Counted from the first letter of the stretch, positions 7,068 to 17,595 are shown. The stretch: 64,000 bases of DNA from an uncultured Candidatus Saccharibacteria bacterium (GCA_964631145.1 CAZVXT010000002.1:1140-65139), one strand, 5' to 3'. Program-made: numbers and translations. Notes: generated from the letters alone by a model not told the origin.

Positions 7068-8876
7068 ATGAAAAATCAAAATTCATTCAAAAATAAAGAT
7101 ATTTTAAGTGGCGGTTTTACGATAATTGAAGTCGTTATTGGAATCGGTATCCTTATAATTTTACTTGTAGGAGTTTTGGGTGCATATAATTCTTTAACTC
7201 GTTCAACCTTAGGGGCAAGACAGCAGGCAATTATAACTTCATTAGCTGCTCAGAATAGTGAAATTATCAGGAATATGTCATACAGTTCTGTAGGGACTAT
7301 TAACGGTAACCCTAATGGAGTTTTGTCGGATTATAGCAATCCAACTAATGTTACGATTGAAGGTACGGTATATTCAACATATTATGAGGTGGCATATATA
7401 GATGACCCTGCTGATGGTACAATTTTGGCTGGAACAGATCCTGCTCCAAATGACTACAAACAAATAAAGATGTTTGTAAAGAATAATTCTACAAATGTAA
7501 TAACTCCTTTTATTACTAATGTTGCCCCAGCGGGATTAGAAGGACTTAATAATGCAGGGGCTTTAGTTATTAATGTTTTGGATTCTAACGGGCAAGCAGT
7601 TGCTAATGCAAATATTCATATCCAAAGTGTTGGAATATCTCCAGCAATTATTTTGGATCGTCAATCTGATTTAACTGGCAATTGGGTTGAAGTAGGGCTA
7701 CCGGCAGGAGCTAATGCCTATAATATCACTGTGACAAAAAATGGTTATTCTACTGATAAAACATACCCAATTACCTTAGGTAATCCTAATCCTACTAAAC
7801 CAGATTCAACAGTTGTCAATGGTCAGATAACTCAAATCAGCTTTGCTATAGATACGTTGGGTAATTTGACAATAAAGACTTTAAATCAAACTTGCCAGGC
7901 GATTAATGGAATAAATTTGAACGTTGCCGGATCAAAAATTATTGGTAGTACACCAACAGTTTTGAAATATAGCAATAATTTTACTTCATCATCCGGACAA
8001 GTTGCGTTAAATAATATTGAATGGGATACTTATACACCCACTTTATTAACTGGTCAAAGTTATATGGTTTATGGCTCATCGCCAATCCAGCAAATTACTG
8101 TTTTACCAAGTGCTTCCCAAACTTTTTCTCTAATATTAGGACCGGTGTCTACAAATAGTTTGCTAGTAATTGTAAAAGATTCGGCTACGAAGACTGCTTT
8201 AGAAGGAGCTTCGGTGAGATTGACTAATAGTAGTCCTAGCTACGATCAATCTAAAGTAACCGGCGGTAGTATTTGGCAGCAAACAGACTGGACAGGTGGT
8301 TTAGGTCAAGATAATTTTACCGATTCTACAAAGTACAAAACTCAAGATACTAATATTACCACTACTGGGGTGCCTAATGCATTGCGTCTTCAGCAGCTTA
8401 GTGGAAATTATGTTGCAAGTGGTTGGTTAGAATCGTCCAGTTTTGATACTGGTGCCTCAAGTAATTATACAACTATATCTTGGTCACCAGCATCACAAGT
8501 GGCAGGGGCAGTTGTTAAGTTCCAATTAGCTAGTAATAATGATAATACTACATGGAGCTATAAAGGTCCTGACGGAACCTCAGGTTCTTATTATACAATT
8601 GCGGGATCAAATATTGCTGCAGTTCACGACGGTGATCGTTATATTCGTTATAAGGTTTATCTATCAACTTCAGATACTACTAAGACACCTGTGTTAACAA
8701 GTATGGTGATAAATTATGTTTCTGGATGTTTTACTCCAGGACAAGTTATGTTTCCAAGCTTAACAGCTAATAATAATTATTCTGTTAATATTTCTTTACC
8801 TGGATACCAGGATAAAACAGTTAATAATTTAAATATTTCTGGAAATCAAACATTAGAAGTATTGCTTTCACAATGA
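7068..8876 (+). CDS. Type IV pilin-like protein with large C-terminal beta-sandwich domains
   Basis: Prepilin site G|FTIIEV plus hydrophobic helix; S/T/N/G-rich beta region. Confidence 0.85.
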   Translation: MKNQNSFKNKDILSGGFTIIEVVIGIGILIILLVGVLGAYNSLTRSTLGARQQAIITSLAAQNSEIIRNMSYSSVGTINGNPNGVLSDYSNPTNVTIEGTVYSTYYEVAYIDDPADGTILAGTDPAPNDYKQIKMFVKNNSTNVITPFITNVAPAGLEGLNNAGALVINVLDSNGQAVANANIHIQSVGISPAIILDRQSDLTGNWVEVGLPAGANAYNITVTKNGYSTDKTYPITLGNPNPTKPDSTVVNGQITQISFAIDTLGNLTIKTLNQTCQAINGINLNVAGSKIIGSTPTVLKYSNNFTSSSGQVALNNIEWDTYTPTLLTGQSYMVYGSSPIQQITVLPSASQTFSLILGPVSTNSLLVIVKDSATKTALEGASVRLTNSSPSYDQSKVTGGSIWQQTDWTGGLGQDNFTDSTKYKTQDTNITTTGVPNALRLQQLSGNYVASGWLESSSFDTGASSNYTTISWSPASQVAGAVVKFQLASNNDNTTWSYKGPDGTSGSYYTIAGSNIAAVHDGDRYIRYKVYLSTSDTTKTPVLTSMVINYVSGCFTPGQVMFPSLTANNNYSVNISLPGYQDKTVNNLNISGNQTLEVLLSQ

Positions 8877-9505
8877 TAAAAAATAAAACTCGGCAAATAT
8901 TTAACAAAGGGTTTACTTTAATCGATGTGGTTATATCGGTTGCAATTTTTACTATGATTATTTCGGGAATCATTGCATTAACCTCATCGATATTAGTTGA
9001 TAGTAGTCGTCAAGCCATGACCTTATCTAATTCTGATCAGTCTCGTAAGTTAAGCTTTCAGATTATGCAAGAACTACGAAACGCTAACTATGGCAATGAT
9101 GGTTCTTATCCAATAGCTGGTGCTGATGATCAACAATTAATATTTTTTAGCAATATTGATAGTGATGTGCAAGTAGAGCGTATAAGATATTATTTATCTA
9201 ACGGAAAACTATATAGAGGGGTTGTAGAGCCAACAGGAACTCCACCAACTTATAATACAGCAAATGAAGTTTCTAGAGTTGTACAAAATGATGTAGCAAA
9301 CGGAAGTGTCCCTATATTTTATTATTATCCAGATACATACACTGGTACTGGTAGTGCGTTATCACAGCCTGTCAACTATACAAAAGTGAAATTAATAACT
9401 TTAAATTTACGTGTTTATACCAAAGTGGCAAAAAGCGCTTCGGATTATTTTACAATTCAAGCAAGTACAGCAATACGTAGTTTGAAAAGCAATATAGGAA
9501 GCTAA
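8873..9505 (+). CDS. Minor pilin, PilW/PulJ-like
   Basis: KG|FTLIDV prepilin motif; overlaps both neighbours. Confidence 0.8.
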   Translation: MIKNKTRQIFNKGFTLIDVVISVAIFTMIISGIIALTSSILVDSSRQAMTLSNSDQSRKLSFQIMQELRNANYGNDGSYPIAGADDQQLIFFSNIDSDVQVERIRYYLSNGKLYRGVVEPTGTPPTYNTANEVSRVVQNDVANGSVPIFYYYPDTYTGTGSALSQPVNYTKVKLITLNLRVYTKVAKSASDYFTIQASTAIRSLKSNIGS

Positions 9506-10926
9506 TGAATATATTATTAAGCAAAAAATTTAAGCAAAATGGTTCTATTATAGTTTTTGAAGTGTTAATTATCTTTGTGTTTTCTGTAGTGATGCTGGCG
9601 GTAATGGCTATGGCAGCAGGGCAATTTAGAATTTTACGTTCGACTGCAGTTAAAGAACAAGCTTTTCAGATAGCCGAATCTGGTATTAATTATTACCAAT
9701 GGCATTTGGCTCATTTTCCTAATGACTTTAAAGATGGTACTGGGGCTGCTCCTTCTAATCAAACTAATTTTACAAACCCTTGTTATTTGCATTCTTATCA
9801 AGACAAAGATACTAACGCAACAATTGGTTACTATTGTTTAGAAATTACACCACCATTAGTAGGATCTACTATAGTTACTATTAAATCCACTGCTTATGCG
9901 GTATCTAATCCAAAAATTAAAAGAGTTATCACTTCAAGATATGGAATTCCATCTTTGGCTAAATATTCATTCTTAACTAATAGTGATGTCTGGATAGGTA
10001 ATACAGAATCTGTAGTTGGTGCTATGCATTCGAACGGAGGTATAAGATTTGATGGCTCATCAACCGGACCTACAACATCTGCTAAAACCACTTACACATG
10101 TCAGTCTTACCATGGGTGTAGTCCGGCTAGCACTAAAGCCGGGATATGGGGGAATGCTAACCAGGCAACTAAAAATTTGTGGTCTTATCCAGTGCCTAAT
10201 GTTGACTTTTCTGCTATGACTTCCAACTTAGCTTCTTTAAAAACTTCTGCTCAAAATGGGGGTTTGTACTTAGCTCCCTCTAATGCTCAAGGCTATTCTT
10301 TAGTATTTAATTCAAATGGAACTATCTCTGTTTATAAAGTAACTTCATTACGATCTACACCTACAGGTTATGATGTAAATAATGTTGCTCATAATGAAGA
10401 TTTGGATTATAACGCTCGTACCTTACTTTCTCAGGCTAGTATTCCAAGTAATGGAGTAATTTATATCGAAGATCAGGTCTGGGTGGAAGGAACCGTTGCA
10501 GGTCGTGCTATAGTCGCAGCCGCAAAATTGCCATACAATAGTTCTACTGCACCAAGTATTATAATTCCAAATAATATTAATTATACTGTTAAAGATGGTA
10601 CTGTATCGTTAGGATTGTTGGCTCAAAATAATATTTTAGTAAGTTATTATTCGCCCAATATTTTAAATATTGACGCTGCTTTAATTGCACAAAATGGCAG
10701 TGTGCAAAGATTTTACTATGCTAATGATGTGAAAACATCACTTACCACATATGGTACAGTTGCAAGTTATGGAACTTGGACATGGAATTGGTCCAGCGGT
10801 AATTCTATAGTTTCTGGTTATCAGTCTACTGTGACGACTTATGATTCTAATTTGTTGTACGCTCCACCTCCAAGTTTTCCTTTAGCTTCTAGTAGTTATC
10901 AGCAAATTAGTTGGGTTAGTAATTAA
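9505..10926 (+). CDS. PilX/PulK-like minor pilin
   Basis: QNG|SIIVF hydrophobic helix and the PilX N-terminal QAFQIAESGI signature. Confidence 0.8.
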   Translation: MNILLSKKFKQNGSIIVFEVLIIFVFSVVMLAVMAMAAGQFRILRSTAVKEQAFQIAESGINYYQWHLAHFPNDFKDGTGAAPSNQTNFTNPCYLHSYQDKDTNATIGYYCLEITPPLVGSTIVTIKSTAYAVSNPKIKRVITSRYGIPSLAKYSFLTNSDVWIGNTESVVGAMHSNGGIRFDGSSTGPTTSAKTTYTCQSYHGCSPASTKAGIWGNANQATKNLWSYPVPNVDFSAMTSNLASLKTSAQNGGLYLAPSNAQGYSLVFNSNGTISVYKVTSLRSTPTGYDVNNVAHNEDLDYNARTLLSQASIPSNGVIYIEDQVWVEGTVAGRAIVAAAKLPYNSSTAPSIIIPNNINYTVKDGTVSLGLLAQNNILVSYYSPNILNIDAALIAQNGSVQRFYYANDVKTSLTTYGTVASYGTWTWNWSSGNSIVSGYQSTVTTYDSNLLYAPPPSFPLASSSYQQISWVSN

Positions 10927-10931
10927 AATAT

Positions 10932-11318
10932 ATGAACAAAATTATCAGTTTAGCATTTGTTATTTTTATGTTCCCGAGCATAGCGTACGCTACGGCAAGA
11001 GTGCCAAGTGGACAAATGCCAAATTTACCACCATTGCAACAAATTGATTTTGGGGTGCAACCTAATTACAGTAATAATATTCAAACTGAGGATCAGGCTG
11101 AACAAAACTCTAGTACACAAACCCATTCTACAGAACAGTCATTTGATAAGCAAAATTTAGACAATGAAGGGGTGGCTGATGTCAAACAAGTGGTTGTGCC
11201 CAAAACAGAAACAAGTTCTCATAATTGGTTGACCTATTTAATTATACTCTTTTTATTAATGATTATAGGATTGGCTACCTTTTTGGTTTTTAAAAACTAT
11301 TCTAAAAATATTAAATAA
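10932..11318 (+). CDS. Hypothetical exported protein with C-terminal membrane anchor
   Basis: Signal peptide ending AYA, Q/N-rich middle, C-terminal TM and basic tail. Confidence 0.7.
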   Translation: MNKIISLAFVIFMFPSIAYATARVPSGQMPNLPPLQQIDFGVQPNYSNNIQTEDQAEQNSSTQTHSTEQSFDKQNLDNEGVADVKQVVVPKTETSSHNWLTYLIILFLLMIIGLATFLVFKNYSKNIK

Positions 11319-11358
11319 GTCTACTATAGAAACCATTTTATTAGTCAACTTATAAGTT

Positions 11359-11655
11359 ATGGTAATTATCAAGTTAAAATTTTATAAAATTATAATGCTA
11401 AGTTTGATATTTGTTGCAGGGCAATTATGGTTAAAACCTGTTTTAGCAGATAGTTCAGATAATATTCGATCACAACAAGCAAGTAGAGTGATAATAGATG
11501 AGACTGTAACTTCTCAACAGCAAGATGGCTCAACTAATATTGCAACTTTAATTTTTTCTGTGATTGGATCTTTGGGTTTGTTTGGCATTGCCTTTTTGGC
11601 AATTAGAAGTTTTTATAATAATTCTAAGCAGAATAAAAAACCAAATGATAATTAA
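11359..11655 (+). CDS. Hypothetical exported protein with C-terminal TM
   Basis: Signal peptide ending VLA, C-terminal TM and basic tail. Confidence 0.6.
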   Translation: MVIIKLKFYKIIMLSLIFVAGQLWLKPVLADSSDNIRSQQASRVIIDETVTSQQQDGSTNIATLIFSVIGSLGLFGIAFLAIRSFYNNSKQNKKPNDN

Positions 11656-12934
11656 GAACTTTATTCAATTAGCTACAACACCTGTCAGAAAGCAGGCTTT
11701 GTTAATTGCAGAAGCTGGATTAGAGGCAATTAACACGACCAGAATAATGCAAAGAGATTTTTCTTACGATGCTAAATCGGACACTTTGTATATTAAAGGA
11801 CAAAAGTTTGATTTATCAAAGTATAAGAGAGTTTTAGTAGTTGGCGGTGGTAAAGTGGTTGCAGAAGCTGCTGTGATTATCGAACAACAATTGGGTAGTA
11901 GATTGTCTGCGGGGTTGGTAATAGACTTAGTTGCTAGCAAGACTTCTATTATACAAGGCAGAATTGGCACTCATCCTTTGCCAAGTTCGGCAAATGTCTC
12001 CGCAACTCAAGAGATGATTTCTATGCTCTCGGAGTGCACGGAAAATGATTTGGTAATAGCAGTAATTGCGGGTGGTGGTAGTAGTTTGATGTGTGCTCCC
12101 GCAGAAATAACTTTAGATGAAGAGCGCCAGTTAACCAAAACTTTAATGCATAGCGGCGCAAGCATTATAGAAATTAATACTGTTCGGAAGCATATGAGTT
12201 TGATAAAAGGTGGTGGTTTGGCTAAGTTTGCCCATCCAGCTACAGTCATTGGTTTGATATTTAGCGACGTGCCTGGGGATGATTTAACAGAAGTGGCAAG
12301 TGGACCAACTTTTAAAGACGATTCGACTATAAATGACGCCATGGCAATATTGCAAAAATATAGTATTTTGCAAAAATGCAGTATGGATAGTTGTGGCTTA
12401 ACAGAAAGTCCAAAAGCTAGTCACTATTTTGATAAAGTTACTAATATTATGTTTTGTTCTGCCAAAGATGCTTTAAATGCAATGGTGGAGAAGTCAAAAA
12501 ATTTGGGATTGAAACCACGAATATGGCAAACCGCTTTTGAAGGCGAAGCTTCAGTCTTAGCTAAAACTATTTTGGATCAAGCAAAGCCAGGAGAATGTTT
12601 GCTTGCCGCTGGTGAAAGCGTAGTAACCATACCACCAGATGCAGTAGGGGGCAGTGGGGGGCGTAATCAAGAAATGGCTTTGTCGGCAATGACTTACATT
12701 GATGATAATGCGGTGTTTGCCGCGATAGCCTCTGATGGACATGATAATAGCGATGTTGCTGGGGCGATAGTAGATCTGCATACCAAGCGTCTAGCTCGAA
12801 AAACCGGAGTTAATGTGCAAGAATATCTAAAGAGGCACGATGAATATCAGCTAATGCTAGATTTATCTGCCAGCTTAGTTACTGGTTTGACCGGATCCAA
12901 TGTTTCAGATTTTATAATTTGTATTAAAGAATAA
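11645..12934 (+). CDS. Glycerate 2-kinase (MOFRL/TtuD family)
   Basis: GGGK, GTHPLP, GGGSSL, INTVRKHMSLIKGG, SDVPGDD, GGRNQE and TGSNVSD motifs; start moved to ATG 11645. Confidence 0.92.
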   Translation: MIIKNFIQLATTPVRKQALLIAEAGLEAINTTRIMQRDFSYDAKSDTLYIKGQKFDLSKYKRVLVVGGGKVVAEAAVIIEQQLGSRLSAGLVIDLVASKTSIIQGRIGTHPLPSSANVSATQEMISMLSECTENDLVIAVIAGGGSSLMCAPAEITLDEERQLTKTLMHSGASIIEINTVRKHMSLIKGGGLAKFAHPATVIGLIFSDVPGDDLTEVASGPTFKDDSTINDAMAILQKYSILQKCSMDSCGLTESPKASHYFDKVTNIMFCSAKDALNAMVEKSKNLGLKPRIWQTAFEGEASVLAKTILDQAKPGECLLAAGESVVTIPPDAVGGSGGRNQEMALSAMTYIDDNAVFAAIASDGHDNSDVAGAIVDLHTKRLARKTGVNVQEYLKRHDEYQLMLDLSASLVTGLTGSNVSDFIICIKE

Positions 12935-12937
12935 TCT

Positions 12938-13900
12938 ATGAATATTACAACTTACGAGCTTTCTAAAGCTGATAATCTTTTTCTTAAAAATAATTTAAAA
13001 GGATCTGTTCTTCGTACTAATCAAAATGCTCTTATTAAATTAATTAAGCCAGATTTGTGGTCTGAAGGATTAATTGTTCATAGTGGCTCTCGAATTGGAC
13101 TTGATGTGCTTAAAAACTTACCTAATTTAAAATTCATATTAACCAGAACAGCTGGGGTTGATCATATCGATGAAAAAGCTTGTCAAAAATTAGGAATAAA
13201 GTTATTACATTTACCTGGTCAAAACGCACGCTCTGTAGCAGAGTTTGCAATGGGTTTGATTTTGACCACTTCTCGTCAGATCTTTGCCTCAGCAGCAGCT
13301 TTAAAAAAGCAATTAAAATTTCCAAAAGCAGTATATTACGGACATGAACTGCAAGGTAAGACTTTGGGTGTTGTGGGCACTGGTGCGATAGGAAAGAATC
13401 TTATTACTATCGCAAAGCTTGGCTTTGGTATGAATGTTATTGCTTTTGATGTTATGCAAGACAAGCAGGCAGAAAAAGACTTGGGTTTTGAGTACGTTAC
13501 ATTACCTGATTTGCAATCACAAGCAGACATAATTAGCTTGCATGCTCCATTAACCAAGCAAACTGCTGGTATGGTAAATGATGCATTTATTAATGCTTGC
13601 AAAAATGGATTGATTTTAATTAACACCGCCCGCGGCGGTTTGGTTAAAAGCTCTGCTATATTGAAGGCATTGCAATCCAAGAAAATGATTGGTTATGGTA
13701 CCGATGTTTTTGGAGAAGAATGTGGTCTTCGAGGACAAAAAATCACAGCTGCACAAAAAGCTCAGTTAGCTTTAGATAAAAAGTTGATCCGCCACCCTCT
13801 TGTTGTTGCTACTCCTCATATGGCGCATGCGACTGTTGACTCTAATGACCGCATAAATCAGCAAACAGTCAGCTTAATTTTAGATATAATTAAAAGCTAA
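12938..13900 (+). CDS. D-isomer-specific 2-hydroxyacid dehydrogenase
   Basis: GVVGTGAIG, SLHAPLT, INTARGG, DVFGEE and TPHMA motifs. Confidence 0.92.
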   Translation: MNITTYELSKADNLFLKNNLKGSVLRTNQNALIKLIKPDLWSEGLIVHSGSRIGLDVLKNLPNLKFILTRTAGVDHIDEKACQKLGIKLLHLPGQNARSVAEFAMGLILTTSRQIFASAAALKKQLKFPKAVYYGHELQGKTLGVVGTGAIGKNLITIAKLGFGMNVIAFDVMQDKQAEKDLGFEYVTLPDLQSQADIISLHAPLTKQTAGMVNDAFINACKNGLILINTARGGLVKSSAILKALQSKKMIGYGTDVFGEECGLRGQKITAAQKAQLALDKKLIRHPLVVATPHMAHATVDSNDRINQQTVSLILDIIKS

Positions 13901-13954
13901 GTTTTGCATATATCTTAACAATGCCCACAATAAATTAATACTCTAAAATATTTT

Positions 13955-13963
13955 TGTGGATAA
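13955..13963 (-). promoter_or_regulatory. DnaA box
   Basis: Perfect TTATCCACA on the minus strand upstream of the nrd operon; single copy. Confidence 0.45.
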
Positions 13964-14029
13964 GGCTTGTCGTACAATATTTAAGGCGCTTAAACTTTAA
14001 TGTTTAAGTGCTTTTTACTTTATTGAGTT

Positions 14030-14077
14030 CTACTATATCTAGCGTTATAATTTTAATAGTCACACTATATTTGGTGG
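14030..14077 (+). promoter_or_regulatory. Tandem NrdR boxes flanking a -10 element
   Basis: CTACTATATCTAGCGT (14030) and ACACTATATTTGGTGG (14062), 32 bp apart, fit acaCwAtATaTwGwgt; TATAAT at 14046-14051. Confidence 0.85.
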
Positions 14078-14100
14078 CTGACAATATTAATAAAAATAAA

Positions 14101-14547
14101 ATGAAGTGCCCAAAATGCCTAAATTCGGACACAAAAGTTGTGGACTCTCGTCCTGTAGAAGACTTTGGAGCAATTCGTAGGCGTAGAGAATGCGAAAAAT
14201 GCGGTTTTAGATTTTCCACTTACGAACAAATCGAAATTTTAGATTTATCAGTACAAAAACGAAATGGCACCTGTCAGCCATATTCTAGAGATAAATTAGA
14301 AAGAGGTTTGCGAAGAGCTTTTCAAAAGCGAAATATAACAGATTTTATGTTTCGCAAAACAATCTCCGAAATAGAACAGGAAATTCAAAAGAAGTCTGGT
14401 TCTGGTCAAATCGCTAGTGATATTATAGGCGATATTGTAATGAAGACTATTAGGAAAGTAGATAAGGTGGCTTATATTAGGTTTGCCAGCGTTTATAGAC
14501 AATTTGAAGATATTGAAGAATTTAAACAGGCATTGTCTAAGTTATAA
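14101..14547 (+). CDS. nrdR: Transcriptional repressor NrdR
   Basis: MKCPKC...VVDSR...IRRRRECEKCGFRFSTYE, ATP cone, VAYIRFASVY. Confidence 0.97.
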   Translation: MKCPKCLNSDTKVVDSRPVEDFGAIRRRRECEKCGFRFSTYEQIEILDLSVQKRNGTCQPYSRDKLERGLRRAFQKRNITDFMFRKTISEIEQEIQKKSGSGQIASDIIGDIVMKTIRKVDKVAYIRFASVYRQFEDIEEFKQALSKL

Positions 14548-14587
14548 TCTAATCAATTTAAAGAATTATTATTAAAAACCAAAATAC

Positions 14588-17500
14588 ATGTTTTATACCA
14601 AGCATACTCAAATCAAGAAGCGTAGCGGCGACGTTGTATCATTTGACCCTCAAAAAATTTATATTGCTGTCAGTAGAGCATATCAAGCTGTAACTAAACA
14701 AGAAAACCAACCTCTGTATCAAGAGGTAACCTTGGCTGTGTTATTAGAACTGGATCAAAATTATGCAGATAGATTGCCTAGTGTTGAAGATATTCAAAAT
14801 ATAGTAGAAAAGGAACTTATGGCAAAAGGCTTGTTCGATGTCGCGAAAGACTATATTATTTATCGCTACGAGCATGCTAAGCAGCGCGAAGAAAAAAAGA
14901 TTGAAACTCTAGAAAAATTAGTAACCATTGGTCTAACCATTACAAAGCGTAATGGCAATAAAGAAGTATTTTCTTCTGACAAGGTCCGCAAAACTTTAAG
15001 CCACTTTATCGGTGGTTATGAAAAAGAAATTGATTTAGACGCTGTTGTTACTCAGCTTGGTATGGAAATTTATGATGATATTACTACTGCCGAAATCGAA
15101 CGCGCTTTAATAATGGTGCTTCGCTCTTATGCCGAGCTAGACCCTGCGTATTCTTATGTTGCTGCAAGGGCTTTACTAAACAGAGCTTATAAGCAAGTTA
15201 TTGGTTTTGATAAAATTGACTTTAATAATTTGGATAATCAATTGCGCGATCAGCTTAAATTGAGTATTCAAAACGGTGTTGCTATTGGTAAACTTGATCC
15301 AAAATTGCTGCTTTTTGATATTGATAGATTGGCTGCTGCACTAAACCGTGAACGCGATAATTACCATACTTACTTAAGCGCTCAAACATTAATTGATCGT
15401 TACTTTATTTCTAATCCTGTAACTAAAGACTTGTATGAAGTGCCACAGTTGTTTTGGATGCGTGTAGCAATGGGATTGTCTTTAAATGAAGCAAATAAAG
15501 AAGAAGCTGCTATCCAATTTTATAGCATTATGTCTACTTTGCATTTTGTTCCATCTACCCCAACTTTATTTCATGCAGGAACTACTAGACCACAGCTTTC
15601 ATCTTGTTATTTAACAACCATTGAAGATTCTTTAGATCATATTTTTAAGTCTATTAGTGACAATGCACAGTTATCTAAGTGGAGTGGTGGTATTGGCAAT
15701 GACTGGACCAAAGTACGCGGTACTGGATCTTTGATTAAAGGTACAGGCGTAGAAAGTCAGGGTACTATTCCATTTTTGAAAATTGCTAACGATACTACAG
15801 TTGCAATTAACCGTAGCGGTAAGCGCCGTGGTGCAACTTGTGCTTACATGGAAACTTGGCACTATGACATTGAAGACTTTTTAGAACTTCGTAAAAACAC
15901 TGGAGACGAACGTCGCCGTACTCACGATATGAATACTGCTAATTGGGTGCCAGATTTATTTATCAAGCGTGTAAAGAGCGATGGCATGTGGACTTTATTT
16001 AGTCCTGACGAAACTCCAGATTTGCATGAACTTTATGGACAGGCATTTGAACGTCGTTACGAAGCTTACGAGCAAATGGTTGATGAAGGAAAGATTCGTA
16101 CTTTCAAGCGTATGCCGGCTAAAGATTTGTGGCGCAAAATGCTAACAATGCTTTTCGAAACTGGTCATCCATGGATTACTTTTAAAGACCCTTCTAATGT
16201 CCGCAGTCCTCAAGACCATTGTGGTGTGGTGCATAGCTCTAATTTGTGTACAGAAATTACACTTAATACTTCTGCGGAAGAAACTGCAGTTTGTAATTTA
16301 GGTTCTGTTAACTTGGCAAAGCATATTACCGGCGGTAAATTAGACATGGCGCGTTTACAATACACTGTTGCCACTGCAATGCGTATGCTTGATAATGTTA
16401 TTGACCTTAATTTTTATCCAACTATAGAAGCTCGTAATTCTAACATGAAGCACCGCCCTGTAGGTTTGGGTGTTATGGGCTTTCATGATGCGCTTTATAT
16501 GCAAGGTATTAATTTTGACAGCGAAGCGATGCTAGAATTTGCAGATCGTTGTGGTGAAGCTGTGGCTTATTATTCTATTTTGGGATCTTCTCAATTAGCT
16601 GCAGAACGTGGGAGTTATGCATCATTCCGTGGCAGTAAGTGGGATAGAGGATTGTTGCCATTGGATACTTTAGACTTGTATGAAAAAGAACGTGGTGTCC
16701 CAATTGATGTACCTCGCACTTCAACACTAGATTGGAGTATTGTCAGAGAATCTATTGCTAAATATGGTATGCGTAATTCTAACTGTATGGCGATTGCTCC
16801 AACAGCAACTATTTCTAATATTGCAGGAAGTATTCCTTCTATCGAGCCTATTTATAAAAATATTTATGTTAAGGCTAATCAAAGCGGAGATTTTATTGTT
16901 GTAAATGAATATTTAATTAATGATATGAAAGCTGCTGGTTTATGGAATCCTCAAATGCTTGCCATGCTTAAATATAATGATGGTAATTTGGCGGCTATCC
17001 CGGATATACCTCAGGAGCTTCGAGATAAATATAAAGAAGTGTTTCAAATAGACCCTCGTTGGTTGGTTAAAGCTGCTGCTTACCGCGGTAAGTGGATTGA
17101 CCAAAGCCAATCACTTAACATCTTTTATGGTGGCAAGAGTGGTAAGGATATTAATGATATTTACTTGTACGCTTGGGATATGGGCGTGAAAACTACTTAT
17201 TACTTGCGTACCATGGCGGCAAGCCAAGTAGAAAAGTCTACGGTTAATACTTCCGAATTTGGTAATACTCATTTACGCGGACAAAATATAGAAGTAGAAA
17301 CCATGGTTGTGACAGCTACAGAAAATTCTGCTCAAATAGTTGATGTTGTAGAAACTGTATCAGCGAGCTCTACAAATCCAGAACCTCAGATTCAAAAGAC
17401 TGTAGAAAAATATGAAGTTCCTGCTGTAACAGAGCAGCAGTCCACTGGTAATAATACTATCAAGGTAGAACCATCATTAAATGCTGGGATGGTAAATGGG

Positions 17501-17590
17501 GGATTTGCAGCAGCCGCGGCTTCAGTTCTTGGTACAGAGCAGTTTAAGGTTTGTAGACTTGACGATCCTTACTGTGAAGCTTGCCAGTAG
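14588..17590 (+). CDS. nrdA: Class Ia ribonucleotide reductase alpha subunit with two ATP cones
   Basis: Two KRxG ATP cones, QLSSC, SNLCTEI, AIAPTATIS, KTTYYLR and C-terminal CEACQ. Confidence 0.97.
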   Translation: MFYTKHTQIKKRSGDVVSFDPQKIYIAVSRAYQAVTKQENQPLYQEVTLAVLLELDQNYADRLPSVEDIQNIVEKELMAKGLFDVAKDYIIYRYEHAKQREEKKIETLEKLVTIGLTITKRNGNKEVFSSDKVRKTLSHFIGGYEKEIDLDAVVTQLGMEIYDDITTAEIERALIMVLRSYAELDPAYSYVAARALLNRAYKQVIGFDKIDFNNLDNQLRDQLKLSIQNGVAIGKLDPKLLLFDIDRLAAALNRERDNYHTYLSAQTLIDRYFISNPVTKDLYEVPQLFWMRVAMGLSLNEANKEEAAIQFYSIMSTLHFVPSTPTLFHAGTTRPQLSSCYLTTIEDSLDHIFKSISDNAQLSKWSGGIGNDWTKVRGTGSLIKGTGVESQGTIPFLKIANDTTVAINRSGKRRGATCAYMETWHYDIEDFLELRKNTGDERRRTHDMNTANWVPDLFIKRVKSDGMWTLFSPDETPDLHELYGQAFERRYEAYEQMVDEGKIRTFKRMPAKDLWRKMLTMLFETGHPWITFKDPSNVRSPQDHCGVVHSSNLCTEITLNTSAEETAVCNLGSVNLAKHITGGKLDMARLQYTVATAMRMLDNVIDLNFYPTIEARNSNMKHRPVGLGVMGFHDALYMQGINFDSEAMLEFADRCGEAVAYYSILGSSQLAAERGSYASFRGSKWDRGLLPLDTLDLYEKERGVPIDVPRTSTLDWSIVRESIAKYGMRNSNCMAIAPTATISNIAGSIPSIEPIYKNIYVKANQSGDFIVVNEYLINDMKAAGLWNPQMLAMLKYNDGNLAAIPDIPQELRDKYKEVFQIDPRWLVKAAAYRGKWIDQSQSLNIFYGGKSGKDINDIYLYAWDMGVKTTYYLRTMAASQVEKSTVNTSEFGNTHLRGQNIEVETMVVTATENSAQIVDVVETVSASSTNPEPQIQKTVEKYEVPAVTEQQSTGNNTIKVEPSLNAGMVNGGFAAAAASVLGTEQFKVCRLDDPYCEACQ

Positions 17591-17595
17591 GCGAT

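Noticed and set aside
10932-11318. VPKTE before the C-terminal TM as a sortase signal
   Set aside because: Lacks the conserved Gly of LPxTG, and no sortase is in the window.
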